A stretch of DNA of 64,000 bases from Promethearchaeati archaeon (GTDB taxonomy: Archaea > Asgardarchaeota > Heimdallarchaeia > Heimdallarchaeales > Heimdallarchaeaceae), in the NCBI GenBank assembly GCA_013166775.1, contig JABLTJ010000001.1, positions 130,237-194,236 of the forward strand. Direction: 5' to 3'. The notes beneath the pieces are model-generated. The model worked only from the letters and a program-made list of their open reading frames with translations. It made no database searches and was not told the origin of the DNA. Position 1 is the stretch's first letter. Every line of letters starts with the position of its first letter. Shown piece after piece: positions 8,748-17,609 of the stretch. The translations under genes and the position numbers were made by a program.

Positions 8748-10038
8748 TTTTTCTTTTCCTTCTTAGAGTATACTTCTGTGAACCAAAATAAATCGATTCC
8801 GATGGAATATCTTCATCAACTATTGTCCCTGCACCAATCCAAGAATCACTTCCAATTTTAATTCCTGGCATTAATAGTGCTCCAATTCCAGTTTCTACTC
8901 TTTCCCCTACAATAACTCCCAATTTTCTTCTATTGCTATCCTCTTTATTTCCCTTGATTTTTACGGGAATGGTCTTTTTATCCAATCGAAGATTAGCAGT
9001 AATCGTTCCTGCTCCAAAATTGCAACTGGGACCAATAATAGAGTCACCAATATAAGATAAATGAGCTGCATGGGTATTATCTTCAATAATGGAGTTCTTG
9101 ATTTCGCAACCATTTCCTATTCTTGATTTTTTACCTAAATATGAAAATTTACGAATATAACAATTAGGACCAATATCAGCACCTTCGTCTATAAAAACAG
9201 GACCTTCAATGTATACACCACTCCTAATTATAACATCTTTTTTAATTATTACTTTACCTTTCAGAGAGACACCGTCTTCTATCGTCCCCTCTCTTTCCTC
9301 ATTACAAAATGACAATAAGGTTTCATTTGCATCTAATAAATTCCATGGTCGTCCGATATCAAACCAGTAATCATTTTCTTGAAGTTGTACAAGTTGTGAA
9401 TTGAATTTCTTCGTCTCAAGAAGACTATTTACCGCATCTGGTATCTCGTATTCTCCTCTCGGTGATACGGAGTTGTTTTTTTCCATCAGTTCAATAATAC
9501 TGAAAATTTCATTATTTAGTGAGTAGATTCCTATATTAGCAAATCCTTCCCTAATTTCTTCTTTCGAAGGTTTTTCAATCATTTTTACGGGAACATTATT
9601 TTCATCTGTTAATATTGCACCGTATTTTGCAATTTCCTTTGTAAACTTACCACCAACCGAAACAATCCCTTTTTTTGCAGCATCAACAGTTCTCTGAATC
9701 AAAGATTCTGAATAGATGCAATCTCCATTTACTGCTATTAAGAACTCCTCTTCGATTTTGCTTCTAGCAAGTACTAGTGCATTTGCAGTCCCCTTTATTT
9801 CTGTTTGGTGAATAAATTCGATATTCAAATTTTGGAATATCTCTCCAATGTAGTCTTTTATTTGGTCTTCTAGGTAATTGGTTATAATAACAAAATCCTC
9901 AATACCGTACTTATTCAACACATCAATAGATCTTTTCAGTATAGGTTCTCCTAACACCTTAAGTAATGGTTTGGGAGTTGTTTCAGTTAATGGTCTTAAC
10001 CTTAATCCCTCACCAGCTGCAAGGAGAATCGCCTTCAC
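8737..10038 (-). CDS. bifunctional sugar-1-phosphate nucleotidylyltransferase / acyltransferase (archaeal GlmU-like)
   Basis: N-terminal MKAILLAAGEGLRLRPLTETTPKPLL (nucleotidyltransferase G-rich loop). The C-terminal half consists of hexapeptide left-handed beta-helix repeats (IGPNCYI, IGNGCEI, IGDSIIG, IGAGTIV). Confidence 0.85.
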   Translation of the reverse strand: MKAILLAAGEGLRLRPLTETTPKPLLKVLGEPILKRSIDVLNKYGIEDFVIITNYLEDQIKDYIGEIFQNLNIEFIHQTEIKGTANALVLARSKIEEEFLIAVNGDCIYSESLIQRTVDAAKKGIVSVGGKFTKEIAKYGAILTDENNVPVKMIEKPSKEEIREGFANIGIYSLNNEIFSIIELMEKNNSVSPRGEYEIPDAVNSLLETKKFNSQLVQLQENDYWFDIGRPWNLLDANETLLSFCNEEREGTIEDGVSLKGKVIIKKDVIIRSGVYIEGPVFIDEGADIGPNCYIRKFSYLGKKSRIGNGCEIKNSIIEDNTHAAHLSYIGDSIIGPSCNFGAGTITANLRLDKKTIPVKIKGNKEDSNRRKLGVIVGERVETGIGALLMPGIKIGSDSWIGAGTIVDEDIPSESIYFGSQKYTLRRKRKNAN

Positions 10039-10053
10039 TGTTTTTCACCCTTT

Positions 10054-10386
10054 TTAAATCTCAAAAACTTCTTCAGATTCTTCTGCGGGCTCAACTGCTC
10101 GTTCTTTCTTCAATTCGGATATGGTTGTTATGAGATCAAAAGCTTTAGAACTATTGAATAATTCCTTAAAAGCTTCCCACTGATCTGTGGATGTAATAAA
10201 TAGACCTTTCTTTTTAACTGGAATTCCATCTTCCTTTACAGGTAAAAGTTCAAGACCAAAATTTAGGTCTTCACTCTTCGAGGGTAGTTTAACAATAGAA
10301 ACACCAGTAACGCTTGTACGCATCCTTTCCCAATCACTCATGTCTTTGCCATATTTCTTTAGTCTTTCAACTAGGTTAGTACTCAT
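10054..10386 (-). CDS. small conserved-looking protein; possible PC4/Sub1-like ssDNA-binding fold (tentative)
   Basis: 110 aa; DGIPVKKKGLFITSTDQWEAFKELF resembles the PC4 C-terminal PGKKGISL..eQW..L motif; acidic tail. Pattern-level resemblance only. Confidence 0.55.
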   Translation of the reverse strand: MSTNLVERLKKYGKDMSDWERMRTSVTGVSIVKLPSKSEDLNFGLELLPVKEDGIPVKKKGLFITSTDQWEAFKELFNSSKAFDLITTISELKKERAVEPAEESEEVFEI

Positions 10387-10523
10387 AATTATTCACTGAA
10401 AGTTTACAGATAATTTGATTTTTAAACTCTACTCTTAAAGAGGATTAGTTGATTTACAGGAAATATTTTGATTACACATCCAAAGGAATCAGTTTAAAAA
10501 TTCCTTGTAGAAGCTAGATTAAG

Positions 10524-11747
10524 ATGAAATTCGCAATCGTAGGCGGTAAAATTTATACCGTAAATAAAGAAGAAAAAGTTATTGAAGAAGGGACTGTCCT
10601 GATTAATAACGGTAAAATTGAAGCTGTAAAGGAAGGGAAAGAAACTCCTGAAGGTTATGAAATAATAGATGCTAGCAATAATTCTGTTTTACCTGGTTTT
10701 ATTGACACTCATACTCATCAAGGGCTTTGGGATGGAACAGTTGGTTGGGCAGGTTTTGATGGAAATGAGATGACTGACCCAAATACTGCACAAGTGAGGA
10801 GTATAGATGCTATTAATCCTGAAACCCCTGCTCTTGAAGAAGCTAGGATTGGAGGTGTAACTACAATTCAGACAGGTCCTGGATCAGGGAATGTCATTGG
10901 TGGAACTAATGTTATTATCAAAACTTGGTGCAAAAGTAAAATCATAGATGATTTAATTGTCAAAGAACCTTCATCTCTTAAGTCTGCTCTTGGAGAAAAT
11001 CCAAAAAGGGTTTATGGCACGGATAAGAAAATGCCTTCCACTAGAATGGGTACTGGTGCTGTGTTCCGTCAAGCTTTCATTGATGCACAGAATTATGCTA
11101 AAAAATGGGCAGAGTATGAAAGGAAGAAGAAACAAGCTGAAGAAACAGGTGAAATGGATAAGATGCCAACAGAGCCCGATAGAGATTTAAACAAAGAAAT
11201 AATTCTGAAAGTTTTGAAAAATGAAATTCCCTTAAATATGCATTGCCACCAGGCTAACGATATAGTCACTGCTATTCGTTTTAAAGAGGAATTTGGTTAT
11301 GATCTTATGTTAGTACATGCTACTGAAGGCCATAAAATAGCTGATTACATTGCAAAGAAAGGTATTCCTTGTTCACTCGGACCATCTTTAGTTGGAATGG
11401 AAAAAGTTGAATTAAGAAACATAACTTTTGAAACTCCATTTAAACTCTGGAAAGCAGGAGTAAAAATCTCTATTCAAAGCGATTCTTTTACTCGATTACG
11501 TCATTTTCAAATACTCCCATGTATGGCTGTAAAAGACGGATTACCAGTTAATGAAGCTCTAAAAGCAATTACCATTAATGCAGCTGAGATGATTGGTGTA
11601 GGAGATAGATTAGGTAGTCTTGAAGTTGGAAAGGATGCAGATATTGTAATTTGGACAAAACATCCAATTGATAACTTCTATGCAGAAACCAAAATAGTGT
11701 TCATAAATGGTGAGATATCTTATAAGAAGGAAGCAAAAGATAGCTAA
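10524..11747 (+). CDS. metal-dependent amidohydrolase superfamily protein
   Basis: GFIDTHTHQG (HxH metal motif) after an N-terminal beta-sandwich; C-terminal GSLEVGKDADIVIW is typical of amidohydrolases. Confidence 0.85.
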   Translation: MKFAIVGGKIYTVNKEEKVIEEGTVLINNGKIEAVKEGKETPEGYEIIDASNNSVLPGFIDTHTHQGLWDGTVGWAGFDGNEMTDPNTAQVRSIDAINPETPALEEARIGGVTTIQTGPGSGNVIGGTNVIIKTWCKSKIIDDLIVKEPSSLKSALGENPKRVYGTDKKMPSTRMGTGAVFRQAFIDAQNYAKKWAEYERKKKQAEETGEMDKMPTEPDRDLNKEIILKVLKNEIPLNMHCHQANDIVTAIRFKEEFGYDLMLVHATEGHKIADYIAKKGIPCSLGPSLVGMEKVELRNITFETPFKLWKAGVKISIQSDSFTRLRHFQILPCMAVKDGLPVNEALKAITINAAEMIGVGDRLGSLEVGKDADIVIWTKHPIDNFYAETKIVFINGEISYKKEAKDS

Positions 11748-11774
11748 TTTGAAATTGTATAAAGCTAAAATAAA

Positions 11775-12131
11775 CTACATTTTTTCATAGTACCCTGGAG
11801 CTCTGTGCTCTCCAAAGAACTCCAGTCCTTTTTCTTTTAATTGATTTTTTAATATATTTGCATATTCTTCTGTTAAGTCTCCTTTCTTTAACATATACTC
11901 AATAATTTCCATTGCTTCTTCCTCAGTTTCACAACGGCAAATAAAATCTACTGCTCCAGGAATATAACCTTGAAATTTTCTATATTTTTTAGAACCGGTA
12001 ACTGTGCGCATTTCACTCTCTGAAATATTTTTTTTTCCTTCCCTCATCTCCCTAGAAAGAACTGGAAAATGTTCCTCGAATTCTTCCTCTTTAATTTCAG
12101 ATTCTCTCGATTCTTTCTTTTTTTCTTCCAT
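11775..12131 (-). CDS. small conserved archaeal protein (DUF2095-like, tentative)
   Basis: 118 aa; acidic N-terminus, then YIPGAVDFICRCETEEEAMEIIEYMLKKGDLTEEYA. Family name is from memory and unverified. Confidence 0.55.
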   Translation of the reverse strand: MEEKKKESRESEIKEEEFEEHFPVLSREMREGKKNISESEMRTVTGSKKYRKFQGYIPGAVDFICRCETEEEAMEIIEYMLKKGDLTEEYANILKNQLKEKGLEFFGEHRAPGYYEKM

Positions 12132-12237
12132 AATTTAACTGAAGACTAATAACTAAAAAGGATTGAGTTCTTGTGAATATTTGTTTTATAAAAACAGATT
12201 ATACAAAAAACCTATATTCCAGTAATCTAGGAAAAAA

Positions 12238-13440
12238 ATGATGCTAATTGGAATTGTAGGTAAACCTAGTTGCGGTAAAAGTACTTTTCTTAATGCTCTT
12301 ACAATGGTTAATGCGAAAGTAGGAGATTATCCTTTTACAACAGTTGAGCCAAATCGTGGTACAGCTTATGTTCGAAGTTCTTGTGTATGCAAGGAACTTG
12401 GTGTTACAGATAATCCCAAAAACTCATTGTGTGAAGATGGAATAAGATTCCTCCCGATTCAAATCCTAGATGTCGCTGGATTGGTTCCTGGAGCTTCTGA
12501 AGGAAGAGGATTGGGAAATAAATTCTTGGATGATCTTCGACAAGCTGATGTTCTTATACATGTAGTTGATGCGAGTGGATCATTAGACGCTGAAGGAAAT
12601 ATTGTTGATAAGGGTTCTTGGAATCCACTAGATGATGTAAAATTCTTAGAAGAGGAAATTGATGCTTGGATTTTAGCAATTATAAAGAGAGATTATGAAA
12701 CTATGAAAAAGAAAGCATCAGCTGAGAAGCTAAGGTTTTCAAATCTATTACATGAGAAACTAACAGGGCTGGCTATAAAAAAGTATCATATTGAAGAATC
12801 AATTAGAGAAGTAGGAATGATGGATGACGATGCTTCAACATGGGATGAAAAATTACCAGAGTTAGTTACGAGCATTAGGAAAAAATCCAAACCAATTATA
12901 ATTGTAGCAAATAAAATAGATCAACCAGATTCCCATAAGAATTATCTAAATATGAAAGAGAAGATATCCTCAGAAGTCTTTCCAATTTCTGCACTTGCTG
13001 AGGTTTTTCTAAGAAACGAACAAGAAAATAAAACCATTTCATATTCTTCAGGAGATTCGGATTTCGAGATACTAAATAAAGAGAAATTAGGAGATAAAAA
13101 GGAGTCCTTAATTCAAAAGATAAAGACAGATTTACTCTTGAAATACGGTTCTACTGGTGTTCAAGAGGTATTAACTCATGTGGTCTTCCATCTTCTAGAT
13201 ATGATTGTTGTTTATCCTGTTGAAGATATAACTAAATTCACTGATAAGTCTGAAAATGTTCTACCTGATGCATTTCTTGTTCCTAAAGGAACGACTGCTA
13301 TAGGGTTAGCTGCAAAGATTCACACAGATTTTGCAAAAAACTTCATTCATGGGCAACTTGCCCCTTCAGGGAGAAGAATTGGTGCAGACTACGAAGTACA
13401 AAACAATGATGTAATTAGAATTGTAGCTGCTGTAAAATAG
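12238..13440 (+). CDS. ychF: OBG-family GTPase/ATPase, YchF/OLA1-like with C-terminal TGS domain
   Basis: P-loop GIVGKPSCGKST, G2 FTTVEPN, G3 DVAGLV, NKID; C-terminal TGS-like GTTAIGLAAKIHTDFAKNF. Confidence 0.9.
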   Translation: MMLIGIVGKPSCGKSTFLNALTMVNAKVGDYPFTTVEPNRGTAYVRSSCVCKELGVTDNPKNSLCEDGIRFLPIQILDVAGLVPGASEGRGLGNKFLDDLRQADVLIHVVDASGSLDAEGNIVDKGSWNPLDDVKFLEEEIDAWILAIIKRDYETMKKKASAEKLRFSNLLHEKLTGLAIKKYHIEESIREVGMMDDDASTWDEKLPELVTSIRKKSKPIIIVANKIDQPDSHKNYLNMKEKISSEVFPISALAEVFLRNEQENKTISYSSGDSDFEILNKEKLGDKKESLIQKIKTDLLLKYGSTGVQEVLTHVVFHLLDMIVVYPVEDITKFTDKSENVLPDAFLVPKGTTAIGLAAKIHTDFAKNFIHGQLAPSGRRIGADYEVQNNDVIRIVAAVK

Positions 13441-13475
13441 CTTGTAAATCAAATAAAGTGGTTTTCTTAAAAAAA

Positions 13476-14105
13476 TTAGGAAACCGCAGTAAATCCCTTA
13501 GCATCAGGTAAGATTAATACTTTGCTTTTTCTAACATCTACTAAAACTACAGGATAAATTTTACTTACTGCTTTCTTAATTTCTGAAGAAATAGAACCAC
13601 CTATCATATTCTTAACGAAATCCACAAATTTTTGCTCTTTTGCGATTCCTCTTATGATATCAATTATAGTTTCTCTGACGATTTTTTGAGTGCTTGTACC
13701 ACATCTCATAGGGGTGACTACAATGGATGAAATCCTTAATCTTGCTTTATCTTTTGTAGTTACATTTTGAATTGCATCAATCTTTGATCTATTTCTTCTT
13801 ATTTGAGACCTGATCTGTTCTTTAGCTACTTCATGCCCAACAAATTCAGTTCTACAAACATTACCTTCAACTTTAGTAATTTTAAATCTGACTTTTAGAT
13901 TGATATCATAATACAAATCCTCTACTACGCCCATTTTAGCCATTTCAATAACTCTTCCGAACAATTTTTCTGGCTCGCTAGCAGGTGTTTCTCCAAGTGG
14001 TTTATCTGTAATGTAGCTTGGGGCAATTACTTCATACCATGATTTTTCTTTCCATTTGTCAACAACTTTTCCTTTTGCTTTTCGACTTGGTCTTCGAGAT
14101 GACAA
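13476..14105 (-). CDS. rps3ae: 30S ribosomal protein S3Ae (eS1)
   Basis: KGKVVDKWKEKSWYEVIAPS is the hallmark eS1 N-terminus. Apparent TTG start. Confidence 0.9.
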   Translation of the reverse strand: MSSRRPSRKAKGKVVDKWKEKSWYEVIAPSYITDKPLGETPASEPEKLFGRVIEMAKMGVVEDLYYDINLKVRFKITKVEGNVCRTEFVGHEVAKEQIRSQIRRNRSKIDAIQNVTTKDKARLRISSIVVTPMRCGTSTQKIVRETIIDIIRGIAKEQKFVDFVKNMIGGSISSEIKKAVSKIYPVVLVDVRKSKVLILPDAKGFTAVS

Positions 14106-14177
14106 TAATATAACCTCTATGATGTTGTTCTCTTCTCATTTCTTTTGATTTTAAACATTATGATTAATATGTTAATT

Positions 14178-14435
14178 TTAATTATTAACTGATTTATATA
14201 CTCCTTCGATTGTAGCTACTGTATGTACAATATCATCAATTGTGTGTCTGAGAGAAGATATGCTTGCTGATGATTGAATTTCGATTATGAGACTATTGCT
14301 ATCAGTGATTGTTTTTATTTCTGTTTTTTCCCCTAATAATTTATTTTCAGGTTCGAGAGTTTCTTTAATAATTCTAGCTAGCTCATTATCAAGGCACTCA
14401 ATTACAAGTTTGATTTTTTTAGATAGAAATGTCAT
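14178..14435 (-). CDS. Pcc1-like protein (second KEOPS Pcc1 paralog, possibly Pcc2)
   Basis: 85 aa with the Pcc1 pattern: beta strand KIKLVIEC, helix ARIIKETLEPEN, strands ..SLIIEIQSSASISSLRHTIDDIV. Same layout as the clearer Pcc1 at 40449..40715. Confidence 0.55.
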   Translation of the reverse strand: MTFLSKKIKLVIECLDNELARIIKETLEPENKLLGEKTEIKTITDSNSLIIEIQSSASISSLRHTIDDIVHTVATIEGVYKSVNN

Positions 14436-14441
14436 AATATT

Positions 14442-15950
14442 CTACTTCGCTTTCTCTTTTTCTTTACTCTTTTCATCTTCTTCTTCTGTGTCCTTTGCTT
14501 CTCCTTTCTCATAATACTCAAGAGATTTTACAATACTCTCGAATACTGGGCTTAGTTTATCTTCATTCAAAACAACTTCGAAAGTTTCTAATTCTCCTCT
14601 ATGATCTAACAAAACATTTTCTTCTTTTAACTTCTCAAATGCATGATAAATAAGATGACCTTTTTGGATGTTAATAGGTGATTCCCTAACATGTAGATGA
14701 ATCTTCTCCCCCACTTTCAAGTGAACAATTATTGGTTTATCTATTTGTATTATTCCACTTTCAACCAAGGCATCTATAATCTGTTTTGCTGTTGTATTTT
14801 CGAAAACATTGGTTCCATCAAGAAACCGATAATTCTTTCTTTCTTCTATTTTTTCTGGTTCTTTCGCTATTATCTCAATTGCTTTAGTAGCTTTGCCATG
14901 GTAATCGCTTAGTTTGCGAATCAATTTATCATATAATTTAGTTCGATCCCCTAAAACAACTCCCAACGCTAAACCATATGATTTGAGATTACAGGCACCT
15001 TCTAAGAGCCATAAGAATTCTTCTGCATTTCTTGTTTGATTCTTTTTTATTTCTTGAGTTAATGTATAGATTGGTCCAATGAGTTTGTGAATATCCGAAA
15101 GAGGGTGATTATTATTTTCCATGAGTAAAGATATCAAACCATCGTTGAGTTTCTTTGTTTCCTTTGAGGAAAGAGAAGCTATTGTCCTCCAATTATCCTC
15201 TTGATCTCTCATGGGGATTCCTAATCGTGAGACAAAGGATGTACAAGCACTTTCATTTCCAGTGAGTCCTGGGAAATAAGGATTTATTGAGTATTTAAGT
15301 GCTAAATGGAGTGGTTGACTCTCTCTTCCAGCGATTCTAGTTCCTTTAGATATGTCCAAGTATTGTTTCTCCCTTCCTTCTTCTAGGATTATCTTATTCA
15401 AACCTATTAATTCCTGATTTTTTGGGTTTACTTGCTTCTTAGATAATCCACCAATTATTGCTAATTCTGCATATTTTGGATAATCATCATCTATGTTTGC
15501 TGAAACAAAATAAACAAGTCCTGCGTTTGAAACCGATCCTAACGGTATTTCCGAATCTTCCAAATTTAAATAAGTTACATCTTCTTTTCTTCTTTCCATT
15601 TCTTTTGAAAAAATAAGTTCTTGATTTACAACAACAATGATGTTTTTTTCTTCTTTAAAAACTAAATCTGGAATATCCTCAATATTATATCCAATGAAGA
15701 AGTAAGCTGAATAATCAAAATTCTTAATCTTTTTTTCTAGATCAGTTACCTCATTCATAAATAAAGAATGAGCTCCAACATCCAAATTGCGTAAACACTT
15801 TAACAAAATACCTGTTGCACATAAATCATCTGGAGTTCCTCTTGCAATAACAACAATATTTCTATTTAGATTTTTTATAATATCTGCGATTTCTTTCGCT
15901 TTATCTTTTAATGATTGATATTTCTCAAAAGGGATGTCTATAGGTGGCAT
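14442..15950 (-). CDS. RecJ/GAN/Cdc45-like DHH-family protein with degenerate catalytic motifs
   Basis: SNAGLVYFVS, AELAIIGGL and LALKYSINPYFPGLTGNESACTSFVSRLGIP match archaeal RecJ/GAN. Motif I reads ARGTPDDL and the DHH position reads VVVNQE. Lies in the conserved uS15-RecJ neighbourhood. Confidence 0.7.
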   Translation of the reverse strand: MPPIDIPFEKYQSLKDKAKEIADIIKNLNRNIVVIARGTPDDLCATGILLKCLRNLDVGAHSLFMNEVTDLEKKIKNFDYSAYFFIGYNIEDIPDLVFKEEKNIIVVVNQELIFSKEMERRKEDVTYLNLEDSEIPLGSVSNAGLVYFVSANIDDDYPKYAELAIIGGLSKKQVNPKNQELIGLNKIILEEGREKQYLDISKGTRIAGRESQPLHLALKYSINPYFPGLTGNESACTSFVSRLGIPMRDQEDNWRTIASLSSKETKKLNDGLISLLMENNNHPLSDIHKLIGPIYTLTQEIKKNQTRNAEEFLWLLEGACNLKSYGLALGVVLGDRTKLYDKLIRKLSDYHGKATKAIEIIAKEPEKIEERKNYRFLDGTNVFENTTAKQIIDALVESGIIQIDKPIIVHLKVGEKIHLHVRESPINIQKGHLIYHAFEKLKEENVLLDHRGELETFEVVLNEDKLSPVFESIVKSLEYYEKGEAKDTEEEDEKSKEKEKAK

Positions 15951-16006
15951 TGGTTTTCACAATTTCCAATAAAAATAAGATATGAAGGATAAAAAAATAT
16001 CGCTTC

Positions 16007-16459
16007 TTAGAATAGTAATCCAGCTTTTTGTGGGTCATACTTCCAATCAGGTGCAAAAATGCCTTTCTTCTTGTAATATTTGACCAACCTTCGTATTTTT
16101 GATTCAATGAGTTGTAATCCTCTTTTACCGTGTAAATCCTTCTTATTCTCTTCAAGATGTTTTCTAAGATTACTAGCTTGTTTTACAAGATTCACTAAAT
16201 CTTCAGGATATTTTGGTTTTAAATTAAGATCATCAACTATTGTAGCCATTTTAGTTCCTAAGGCTTCTTTCACGTTAGGTACTCCATATTGGTCTCGGAG
16301 AATTACTCCAATCATGGCAGTTGATTGTCCTTGCCTTCGTAATTCTTCTACCTTCTTACTGATGAACTTCTTATCATGGGTTAACCATTCTGGTGCTTGG
16401 TTTCTATAAGGTCTTGTTGAACTAGCTTTTCCTTTTTTTCTTGCGTGCATCCTTGCCAT
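16007..16459 (-). CDS. rps15: 30S ribosomal protein S15 (uS15/S13e)
   Basis: MARMHARKKGKASSTRPY... and a C-terminal LIESKIRRLVKYYKK helix are typical of archaeal uS15. Confidence 0.9.
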   Translation of the reverse strand: MARMHARKKGKASSTRPYRNQAPEWLTHDKKFISKKVEELRRQGQSTAMIGVILRDQYGVPNVKEALGTKMATIVDDLNLKPKYPEDLVNLVKQASNLRKHLEENKKDLHGKRGLQLIESKIRRLVKYYKKKGIFAPDWKYDPQKAGLLF

Positions 16460-17045
16460 CTATTTCACCATGTTTATTTTTAAGCGAAGGCAGTTTTTGA
16501 GATAATAACTCTCGAAGTGACTTTTGGCGATGGGAATATAAATTCTTGGTTTTGAGAGACATCTCCGCAAAGGTTAGATCGCTTGAAATTGGTCGGAAAA
16601 TAGGATCAAATCCAAATCCTTCTTCCCCCTTCGCCTCATATACTATTTCTCCTTCAGTAACTCCATAATGGAGTGTAATCTCTCCTTCATAAAATAATGC
16701 AGCAACAGATTTGAATCTAGCTTTTCTATTTTCTTTATTCTTCATCAAGGTTAATATTCCTTCATTACTGATTTTTTGGAAAGCATAGGAAGAATAAGGG
16801 CCTGGAAATCCATTTAACGCATCTATAAACAGTCCTGCATCCTCTAGAAAGAAGTTCTTTGTTTTAATTTCAGGATTTTCTTTTATTAAAGTATTGCAAC
16901 TATATAATGCTATTTTTTCAATTTCGTCCTCCTGATTTTCTTCATATTCTAGATTAATCCAATTTATATCTATATTGTACTCCAAGCCAATTTGCTTTGC
17001 TTCTTTGTATTTTGCTTTGTTATGCGTTACGAAAAATAATTTCAT
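16422..17045 (-). CDS. non-canonical purine NTP pyrophosphatase (HAM1/RdgB/ITPase family)
   Basis: MKLFFVTHNKAKYKEA, EDAGLFIDALNGFPGPYSS, GFGFDPIF, SHR. The 3' end overlaps the rps15 start by 38 nt. Confidence 0.9.
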   Translation of the reverse strand: MKLFFVTHNKAKYKEAKQIGLEYNIDINWINLEYEENQEDEIEKIALYSCNTLIKENPEIKTKNFFLEDAGLFIDALNGFPGPYSSYAFQKISNEGILTLMKNKENRKARFKSVAALFYEGEITLHYGVTEGEIVYEAKGEEGFGFDPIFRPISSDLTFAEMSLKTKNLYSHRQKSLRELLSQKLPSLKNKHGEIDGKDARKKKRKS

Positions 17046-17198
17046 TCTATTGTTGTTTATACCTCACATTATTAGTCTCTTTTGCTTTCTCTGTTGTTTT
17101 CAATTGAGGAAAAAGTTAAAAGTTAATATAATATTGTCTAATGCAAGTAATTATAAGCAACATTATTCAATTGTTTAATCTAATTAGGTGAATATACT

Positions 17199-17609
17199 AT
17201 GGAAGAACTGACCCATTCTTCAATATACAAATCTGCAAATGAAGTTAAAATTTCTGATAATATCATTGTTGCACTCTCTGAAATAACTAAATCAAATAAC
17301 ATACTAAGTATATATTCAATGAATGCTCGAGCCGTATACTTCTTTCCTGTAATTTCAGATGTTTACAAACTTAGTATTCAAATCTATCCTTTAACTCCTG
17401 AAATTGTTGCAAGAATTATGACGAAAATTTCTGAATTCGCTGCCAAGATTATATATAGTACAGGTTTATGTTTGGTAGAGAATAGGTGTTTTTGGGAAGG
17501 CTTTCTACAAGAAAAGGATTTGACTAGAGAAATAGATAATATAAAGGATATTTTAGAATCTATAGCTGAAGTAAAAGATATAACTATAATAAAAATTCTC
17601 AATCATTGA
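17199..17609 (+). CDS. hypothetical protein, possible ACT-like C-terminal domain
   Basis: 136 aa with ATG start. The C-terminal half has a beta-alpha-beta-beta-alpha-beta-like pattern (YKLSIQIYPLTPEIVARIMTKISEF...IAEVKDITIIKI). Weak. Confidence 0.45.
   Translation: MEELTHSSIYKSANEVKISDNIIVALSEITKSNNILSIYSMNARAVYFFPVISDVYKLSIQIYPLTPEIVARIMTKISEFAAKIIYSTGLCLVENRCFWEGFLQEKDLTREIDNIKDILESIAEVKDITIIKILNH

Noticed and set aside
10957-11190. 77-aa alternate-frame ORF inside the amidohydrolase gene
   Set aside because: It lies on the same strand but out of frame, within a well-supported gene, and is Lys/Arg-rich shadow sequence.
15925-16409. ORFs 15925-16155 (-) and 16080-16409 (+) overlapping rps15
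   Set aside because: They are alternate-frame or antisense shadows of the highly conserved uS15 gene.
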